A DNA stretch of 64,000 nucleotides from Candidatus Cloacimonadales bacterium (lineage in GTDB: Bacteria > Cloacimonadota > Cloacimonadia > Cloacimonadales > JAFGVF01). The notes under the pieces are model-generated. The model did no database searches. It saw only the letters and a list, made by a program, of their open reading frames with translations, and had not been told where the DNA came from. The stretch's first letter is position 1. Every line of letters starts with the position of its first letter. Position numbers and translations under genes: made by a program. Shown here one piece after another: positions 57,508 through 64,000 of the stretch. The stretch is taken from contig OY759729.1 of the NCBI GenBank assembly GCA_963662585.1, forward strand, positions 1,316,947-1,380,946, written 5' to 3'.

Positions 57508-58596
57508 ATGAGAAAAGCAATATTTGCCCTAAAATGTACAACTTTAGGTGTTATAGATAAGATTATTTTTAACAATTCCAATAAGATAGATATTCATCCA
57601 GGACAGAAATTTGTTGAACTTTTCGATGAAGCAACTTATGAGAAAGCCCAAGCTTTCTTTCTACAGTCTAAAAAAACCGATGAATGCAGTTATTCTGAAT
57701 ATGAACTATTCGTTCCTACTAAGGAAGAATTTTGTTTGTTATATTTTAAAAGCCTGGCCGTTGATGACTACTACCTTATCATTGCTGAAGAAGAAGAGAA
57801 TGATTATTATCAACTATTTGGTAGTTTGACAAGTATTAATAATGAGTTAATTCTCACCCAAAAAGCACTGAATAAAAAGAATAAAGAGCTTTTAGAAGTT
57901 AATGAATTAAAGAACCGTTTAGTAGGTGTGGCAGCTCATGACTTGAGAAATCCCATCTCTGTAATTTATAGCTATAGTCAGTTACTGCTTGAAGATTGTA
58001 GAGATAAAGTAGAAGAAGATAATTATGAATTTATCGATAATATTAATTCTACAGCAAAATTCATGTTAAGTCTTGTAGAAGAATTATTGGATTTGACTTA
58101 TTTAGAATCTGGTAAGGTAAGTCTAAAAACTGAGAATGTTGATTTCTGTGATCTTTTCGATGAAAATATAAAATATGCAATTACTTTAAGTGCAAAAAAG
58201 AATATTAAGATTGAGGCAAAAAAGCCAGAGTATGAAATATCGGTAAAAATAGATAGAAATAAGATTCAGCAGGTAATTAGCAATTTTATCAGCAATGCAA
58301 TTAAATATTCTGATCAGAACTCAAAAATAGTCATTGCCTGTGAAATAGTTAATAATAATGTAATATTTTCATGTAAAGATGAAGGTTACGGCATTGATGA
58401 TAAAGAATTTGACCTAATCTTCGAACCTTTCAAAAAAGCTAATTCAAGTCAGTATATACAAGAGCAGTCAACAGGTTTAGGCCTAACAATATCCAAGCAA
58501 ATCATTAAAGCCCATAATGGGAGTATCTGGTTAGAGAGTCAAGTTAATAAAGGCTCTACTTTCTATTTTTCTTTGCCCTTGTTAATGATTCCCTAG
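57508..58596 (+). CDS. Soluble sensor histidine kinase, copy 1
   Basis: H-box VGVAAHDLRNPIS; HATPase_c N/G boxes (NFISNAIKYS, DEGYGI, GLGLTISKQII). There are no TM helices. Confidence 0.85.
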   Translation: MRKAIFALKCTTLGVIDKIIFNNSNKIDIHPGQKFVELFDEATYEKAQAFFLQSKKTDECSYSEYELFVPTKEEFCLLYFKSLAVDDYYLIIAEEEENDYYQLFGSLTSINNELILTQKALNKKNKELLEVNELKNRLVGVAAHDLRNPISVIYSYSQLLLEDCRDKVEEDNYEFIDNINSTAKFMLSLVEELLDLTYLESGKVSLKTENVDFCDLFDENIKYAITLSAKKNIKIEAKKPEYEISVKIDRNKIQQVISNFISNAIKYSDQNSKIVIACEIVNNNVIFSCKDEGYGIDDKEFDLIFEPFKKANSSQYIQEQSTGLGLTISKQIIKAHNGSIWLESQVNKGSTFYFSLPLLMIP

Positions 58597-58734
58597 GCTA
58601 TTTAAAAACATTTTACAATGAAATTACTTAAGAAGTGTATAATCAAAATTTACTTTCGGAGAACAAGAAAAATATTGACACAGAATTAGTTTAACTTATT
58701 ATTATATTAAAAGAAACATATTGGTGGAATAGAT

Positions 58735-59805
58735 ATGGATAAAGATTTATATCATGAATTAAAAGTATTATTAGATCTAAATAATTTTAAATTACGATCA
58801 CTTATCTTAAAAAAACATTTTGAAATGTCTCCGGAGCTAACAATAAAGTACTCCGAAAAGCAAAAAAATTATTATTTAAGAGATATTGGGTTTAACTTAT
58901 CTTATTTAGCCCAAGCAATTAATCTACAGTCACCTAATTTATTTAGTTCTTATTCTAAATGGTTGAAGAATTTAATGCAAAACTTGGGTGTTTCTCTTCC
59001 CACCTTAATTGCCAACTTTCAAGCAATGTCAGAAGTATTGAAAAATGAGTTTCCCTCCTGTTATCATGAAATAATTTCATCTTATATTGAAGAAGGGACT
59101 CAGATGTTAACTCAAGAGATTATGGAAAAATCCACTTTGATAGATCCAACTAACCATTATAGTAAGTATGCTGAAGAATTTCTCCTTTATGTGCTAAATG
59201 GTAGGAAGTCAAATGCTTCAGAGCTTATACTATCTTTAGTTAAGAATGGTGTATCTATCAAGAAAATATATATCGATATATTACAACAAGTTCAATATGA
59301 AATTGGTCATCTATGGCAAACAAATAAAATTAGTATTGCCCAAGAACATTATGCCACTAGTGTAACACAATTAGTAATTTCCCAAATGTACCCTTATCTT
59401 TTTACTGGGAAACATAAGAATAAAGTTCTTTTAACTTCTTGTGTTAGTGGAGAATTACATGAAATAGGATTAAGAATGCTTACAGATATTTTTGAGATCG
59501 AGGGCTGGGATACTTGGTATTTGGGGGCAAATCTACCTGATGAATCAATTATTGAAATGGTTAAAGAAAAGAAACCAGATATTATCGCCTTATCTGTTAC
59601 TGTAATGTTCTATTTAGAAAAGCTTAAGAGTTTGATTGAAGAAATCAGAAAAGCAGGAATTACTACTCCAATAATGGTAGGAGGATATCCATTTATCAAT
59701 GATAAGCATTTATGGAAAAAGATTGGAGCAGATGGCTGGGCAATAGATCCCGAAAGAGCACTTAATGTTGCAGATAAATTAATCAAAACTGCAGGAAGTG
59801 AATAA
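58735..59805 (+). CDS. Standalone cobalamin-binding-domain protein, copy 2 (paralog of 56433..57497)
   Basis: It is collinear with copy 1 (roughly 60 percent identity by eye) and has the same SGELHEIG, ALSVT and MVGGYPF motifs. Confidence 0.7.
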   Translation: MDKDLYHELKVLLDLNNFKLRSLILKKHFEMSPELTIKYSEKQKNYYLRDIGFNLSYLAQAINLQSPNLFSSYSKWLKNLMQNLGVSLPTLIANFQAMSEVLKNEFPSCYHEIISSYIEEGTQMLTQEIMEKSTLIDPTNHYSKYAEEFLLYVLNGRKSNASELILSLVKNGVSIKKIYIDILQQVQYEIGHLWQTNKISIAQEHYATSVTQLVISQMYPYLFTGKHKNKVLLTSCVSGELHEIGLRMLTDIFEIEGWDTWYLGANLPDESIIEMVKEKKPDIIALSVTVMFYLEKLKSLIEEIRKAGITTPIMVGGYPFINDKHLWKKIGADGWAIDPERALNVADKLIKTAGSE

Positions 59806-60997
59806 TATGAGAAAAATCTTACTAGCCTTAAATTGTGATCTCACAGGAGTAATAACAGAAGTAGTTATTAATAAAATATCAAATTATCAAATCAAGATAG
59901 GGACTACTTTTGTGGAATTGTTTGATAAAGCAAATTACGAAAAAGCTCAGATATTTTTTCTTCAATCAGTCAAGTTAGAGGATAGTTTATATGATGAACA
60001 AGAATTATTACTACCAACAAGAAATGATACTTTTTTATTATATTTTAAAGGACTCTTAATTGGTGAGCAGAATTTAATTATTGCTGAAAGTGAAGAGAAA
60101 GATTATTTAAATCTTTTTGGAACATTAACCAGCATAAATAATGAGTTAAACAATGTTCTAAGAAGTTTGTATAAAACTACTCTTGATAGTCAATCCAGTA
60201 GCTTGAAAAGCGATAAAATGCTCTCAGATTTTTCCAAATTAAACAATGAATTAATTGAAACTCAAAATATTCTAAAAGTTAAGAATCTTGAGTTATCTAA
60301 AATCAATGATTTAAAGAACAAGTTAGTTGGTGTAGCAGCACATGATTTGAGAAATCCCATTTCTTTAGTCTATAGCTATAGCCAGTTGCTTCTAGAAGAT
60401 TACCTTGATAAAGAAAATGAAGAAGCCCAAGAGTTTATAGGAATAATTAATTCAACATCAAAATTCATGTTATCTTTAGTTGAAGATCTGCTTGATTTAT
60501 CCTATTTAGAATCAGGTGAAGTTATTTTAAAACTAGAAGTTTGTGATTTTAAAGCCATTTTCTGTGAGAATATAAATTTTGCTAGTACTTTAGGAGCTAA
60601 AAAAGGAATTAGAATTGTCTCAGAAAATCCTATAGCAAGTATTTATGTGAACATCGACAAAAACAAGATTCAACAAGTAATAAATAATTTTGTTAGTAAT
60701 GCAATAAAATATTCACACCCTAATTCTACTATTTATATTTCTTGTTATCTAAAAAATGATGAGTTAATTTTCTGCTGTAGAGATGAAGGTTTTGGTATAA
60801 GCTCAAATGAGTTTGAAATAGTATTCGAACCTTTCAAAAAAGCAAAGTCGAGTCAATACATCAAAGAACAATCAACAGGTTTAGGTTTAGCAATTTCCAA
60901 ACAAATCATTAAAGCCCATAATGGTAAAATTTGGTTAGAGAGTCAAGTTGATAAAGGCTCTACTTTCTATTTTTCACTACCATTACATAAAGAATAA
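59798..60997 (+). CDS. Soluble sensor histidine kinase, copy 2 (paralog of 57508..58596)
   Basis: H-box VGVAAHDLRNPIS and HATPase_c motifs. It has a ~37-aa insertion before the H-box relative to copy 1 and overlaps the upstream gene by 8 nt. Confidence 0.85.
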   Translation: MNNMRKILLALNCDLTGVITEVVINKISNYQIKIGTTFVELFDKANYEKAQIFFLQSVKLEDSLYDEQELLLPTRNDTFLLYFKGLLIGEQNLIIAESEEKDYLNLFGTLTSINNELNNVLRSLYKTTLDSQSSSLKSDKMLSDFSKLNNELIETQNILKVKNLELSKINDLKNKLVGVAAHDLRNPISLVYSYSQLLLEDYLDKENEEAQEFIGIINSTSKFMLSLVEDLLDLSYLESGEVILKLEVCDFKAIFCENINFASTLGAKKGIRIVSENPIASIYVNIDKNKIQQVINNFVSNAIKYSHPNSTIYISCYLKNDELIFCCRDEGFGISSNEFEIVFEPFKKAKSSQYIKEQSTGLGLAISKQIIKAHNGKIWLESQVDKGSTFYFSLPLHKE

Positions 60998-61022
60998 CTT
61001 ATTTTTGAATTTTTGCAGAATG

Positions 61023-61060
61023 AAATCAAGCCCTACTCTTGCAGGGCTTGATTTATATTT
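61023..61060. terminator. Bidirectional hairpin terminator between convergent genes
   Basis: AAATCAAGCCCT-actcttgc-AGGGCTTGATTT followed by ATATTT. Confidence 0.7.
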
Positions 61061-61115
61061 ATTAGTAACTTATCTCTAAATACTTCATTTTTTTGCACTT
61101 TATTAAGGTAAAAGT

Positions 61116-62375
61116 TTATTCTCCTCCCATACCAAAACTAAAGGTGAGAATTGTCTGTTCATTAGTGAAGTTATAGGCTACTCCGAATCCCAAAGCAGGA
61201 ATAGCTACTTTATCAAAATATATTTTTAGTTCACTTCCAATCCCGTGATATTTCTCATTAAGTCCGTCATTATGATAATATCCTCCTTCATAGTAGTAGG
61301 AAAGAGTAGGATTTAGTTTATGTTGACTAATTAAAGTGTGTTCTACAATAAAAGCTCCATTGATCCAATCATCAGCCCAAATTTTCATATTAGGAAGAGA
61401 TTTTGTCCCATGATAGGTGCTTAAGACATCTTCAGCATTATCAGGTCTATCGAATAAGCCAATAGTGTTTTTGACTTTAAAATTAATCTTGGAATCGTAA
61501 GTTTGGGAATAAGATAATTTGGTGTAAGAACGGAAGAAATCATCATAATTATCATCTAAAGAAAAAACTCGAGAAGTTAGAGATTCGGCTTGAAATCCAT
61601 CTCTAAAGAGAAAGTTCTGGCTAGTATTATCATACTTTACTAATAAACCAGGGTAGAGTAAATTTGCGTCTTTTTCCAAATTACCCTCTTCATTATCCAT
61701 TTTGATTTTTTGCCACTCCATATCAGGCCCAATAGTAAGTTTCTTATCAAGGAATTTCTTCCCAATGCTTGCCCCAAAATTTATTGTTTTCTGCTTACTC
61801 TCATAATAGGCAGGGTTTTCAAAAATATCGCTCATTTCAATTTCATTAGTACGATAATTAATTATTAATTTACCTGAATATTCATTATTGAGCATTTCGT
61901 CTTGAGTTAGAAGGATGAAAGTTGTAATATCATTTTTACCAAAAGCTCCAACTCCAAGCAAGGTTGCCCCGTATCCCCAGAAATTACTATCTAAGGCAGC
62001 TCCACCATACATTTTATCTCCATCAACCGAATTAAAGAAAGGAACAGCAAAGAGGGAGAATTTTTCTGCTACAGTAATTATCATAACTGCTTCATTTTCA
62101 GTTGGGAAAAATTCAACTACCTTATCTAAGGCAAAAATCTTTTTATCATCAATTCTTTTATAGATATTTTGCACATCATATTCTGATATGAAATTATCAT
62201 TACTTATTCCTATCCATTTGATGAATGTTTTTTCTGTAGTTCTTCTAAGTCCATTTACTGTTATTTCAGTTACTTTCCTATCTCCATATTGTTCAATAAA
62301 TTGTTTTTGTTCAAGAGCAAAATTACTTATTGCAATTAAGGATAGCAGTAACATTAAAATTATCTTTTTTGACAT
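61116..62375 (-). CDS. Omp85/BamA-family-like outer-membrane beta-barrel protein with one POTRA-like domain
   Basis: Signal peptide, a POTRA-like segment (VTEITVNGLRRTTEKTFIKWIGI), and alternating aromatic beta-strands ending ...ILTFSFGMGGE. Confidence 0.5.
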   Translation of the reverse strand: MSKKIILMLLLSLIAISNFALEQKQFIEQYGDRKVTEITVNGLRRTTEKTFIKWIGISNDNFISEYDVQNIYKRIDDKKIFALDKVVEFFPTENEAVMIITVAEKFSLFAVPFFNSVDGDKMYGGAALDSNFWGYGATLLGVGAFGKNDITTFILLTQDEMLNNEYSGKLIINYRTNEIEMSDIFENPAYYESKQKTINFGASIGKKFLDKKLTIGPDMEWQKIKMDNEEGNLEKDANLLYPGLLVKYDNTSQNFLFRDGFQAESLTSRVFSLDDNYDDFFRSYTKLSYSQTYDSKINFKVKNTIGLFDRPDNAEDVLSTYHGTKSLPNMKIWADDWINGAFIVEHTLISQHKLNPTLSYYYEGGYYHNDGLNEKYHGIGSELKIYFDKVAIPALGFGVAYNFTNEQTILTFSFGMGGE

Positions 62376-62729
62376 TTAAACCTCTTTTATTAATAATTTC
62401 GTCATATTTTTTTGTTATTCATTACCGTCAAGATTTTGTTAAACCTACAATATAAAATAATAAAGCATTAGTATCAGTTTCCAAATTATTATTGATATAT
62501 TTTTTAATTGACATATTATACATCGATTTTAAATTTATAAAAAACATATTTTAACCTGAATGCTGCAGTAGAGCTTTACAGAAGAGTGCAGATTCTTTTA
62601 GATAAAGGTTTTACAGAATTTATCAGCCTATAATATATATACTCTGAGAAATTATGTAAAATGCTTTAGCAAATGAATATAGTGCTATTCTAAAAGATCT
62701 ACTGCATTATTTGGGTTTAAAGGGATATT

Positions 62730-64000
62730 ATGAAAAAAGTGCTGATTATTGATGATAACAGAGATATTCATACTGTTTTAGAAGGCTTATTAAGTTCTAA
62801 TAAGAACTTAAGTTTTTTTCATGCTTATAACGGTATGGAAGGATATCATAAATTACAGCAAATAGAACCTGACTTAGCAATTCTAGACAACCAGATGCCA
62901 GTAATGTCGGGCTTTGAACTATTAGAAAAATTGCAAAGGGAGAATAAGAAATTCCCTATTATAATGCTAACTGCCTTTGGTCAGATTTCTGATGCTGTTC
63001 AGGCAATTAAATTAGGAGCAATTGATTATCTTACTAAGCCTTTTAATGATGAACAATTTAATCTCATTATTAATAAAGCCCTTAAAATCGGTAGTCTTAA
63101 AATTAAATCAAAACAGGTTAATAACTATAATTCAGTCCAGCAAGCTAATCACACTAAATATAATATTATCGGTGAAAGTAGAGTCTTTAAAGAACTACTT
63201 AAGAATGCTCAACTAGTGGCTCCTACAGATATTACAGTTATTGTTAATGGAAGTAATGGTACAGGGAAAGAGGAGATAGCTAAGTATATTCACTATAATA
63301 GTGAGAGGAGTAATAGACCATTTATAGCAATAGATTGTGGAGCAATTCCTGAGAATCTGTTTGAAAGAGAGATGTTTGGCGCTGTTAAAGGTGCTTATAC
63401 AGGAGCAGACTCAGATTCTACGGGTTTCTTTGAAGCTGCTAATGGTGGAACAATCTTTATGGATGAAATTGGTAATCTGCCAACTTCGGCTCAATCTTCT
63501 TTGCTAAGAGTATTACAGAATAAAGTTTTTCGCCGAGTAGGTGGATTAGAAGAGCTTACTGCTGATGTTAGATTAATTTCAGCGACCAATGCTAAGCTCC
63601 TTGATGAAGTAAGTAAAGGACATTTTAGGGAAGATCTCTTTCACAGAATTAACGGTTTTGATTTAACTATTCCTGATTTAAAAGATAGAAAAGAAGATAT
63701 CCCCCTTTTGGTAAATTATTTTATTACTAAATTCAATGCAGAATTAAAACGCAATGTTCAGCAAATTTCCCCTGAAGCTAGTGAGATATTAAAGAATCAT
63801 GCTTGGACTGGTAATATCAGAGAGCTTATTAATACTATTCAAAAAGCTGTATTACTTTGCTCTAATTCAACCCTTAAACCAAAACATCTTAATATTACTC
63901 CTTCAGAAGAAATAAAAGATTTTAAAAAAGAGAGCGATTTTATCAATGATATCATCAATAAACCTATCTCCATTGCAAAGAAGATAGAAATCTTTGAGAA
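62730..64000 (+). CDS. Sigma-54-dependent response regulator (NtrC family), 3' end cut by window edge; absent from the ORF track
   Basis: I translated from the ATG at 62730 by hand and found no stop to nt 64000. Receiver (MKKVLIIDDNRDIH...LDNQMPVMSG...TKPF), AAA+ core (GSNGTGKEEIAK, GAYTGA, IFMDEIG, REDLFHRIN). Confidence 0.8.
   Translation, partial: MKKVLIIDDNRDIHTVLEGLLSSNKNLSFFHAYNGMEGYHKLQQIEPDLAILDNQMPVMSGFELLEKLQRENKKFPIIMLTAFGQISDAVQAIKLGAIDYLTKPFNDEQFNLIINKALKIGSLKIKSKQVNNYNSVQQANHTKYNIIGESRVFKELLKNAQLVAPTDITVIVNGSNGTGKEEIAKYIHYNSERSNRPFIAIDCGAIPENLFEREMFGAVKGAYTGADSDSTGFFEAANGGTIFMDEIGNLPTSAQSSLLRVLQNKVFRRVGGLEELTADVRLISATNAKLLDEVSKGHFREDLFHRINGFDLTIPDLKDRKEDIPLLVNYFITKFNAELKRNVQQISPEASEILKNHAWTGNIRELINTIQKAVLLCSNSTLKPKHLNITPSEEIKDFKKESDFINDIINKPISIAKKIEIFE

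Overview
This is an AT-rich bacterial chromosomal segment, roughly one-third GC judged by eye. It is densely coding and mostly on the minus strand. I found no rRNA, tRNA or CRISPR array.

**Housekeeping backbone:** formimidoyltransferase-cyclodeaminase, a CNNM/CorC transporter, prfA, a DUF1385 protein, rpmE, ileS, alaS, butyrate kinase, an aspartase-like lyase with hydE and hydF, an ECF sigma/anti-sigma/LTXXQ triad, ctpA, tmk, nadB and a GNAT acetyltransferase.

**Likely host:** T9SS-type C-terminal sorting domains, two sigma-54 enhancer-binding regulators, [FeFe]-hydrogenase maturases and fermentation genes suggest an uncultured anaerobe, possibly FCB-group or Cloacimonadota-like. Confidence in this placement is low.

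**Main accessory content:**
1. A translationally coupled seven-gene operon at 24818-34281 (minus strand). It encodes a vWA-like lipoprotein, a small 4-TM protein, a tubulin/FtsZ-like GTPase, a 1086-aa protein whose C-terminal half has Hsp70/actin-fold ATPase motifs, a 2-TM coiled-coil protein, a MotA/ExbB-like channel with a long helical tail (ZorA-like architecture) and a MotB/OmpA-like partner (ZorB-like). I do not recognise this gene combination as a named system, and it is my top candidate for a novel system.
2. A complete group II intron (about 34451-36556) sits directly after the buk terminator and directly upstream of that operon.
3. A cobalamin riboswitch controls an ABC ATPase, a TonB-dependent receptor and a T9SS beta-propeller protein. 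Divergent from it is a tandemly duplicated module of a standalone B12-binding protein plus a soluble histidine kinase.
4. A T9SS surface protein carries six 204-bp tandem repeats. It has a candidate sigma-54 promoter and an adjacent NtrC-type activator.
5. Several repeat-rich or structured noncoding regions have unknown function.

The ORF track misses one real gene at the right edge (62730 to the window end). It also over-extends several N-termini.
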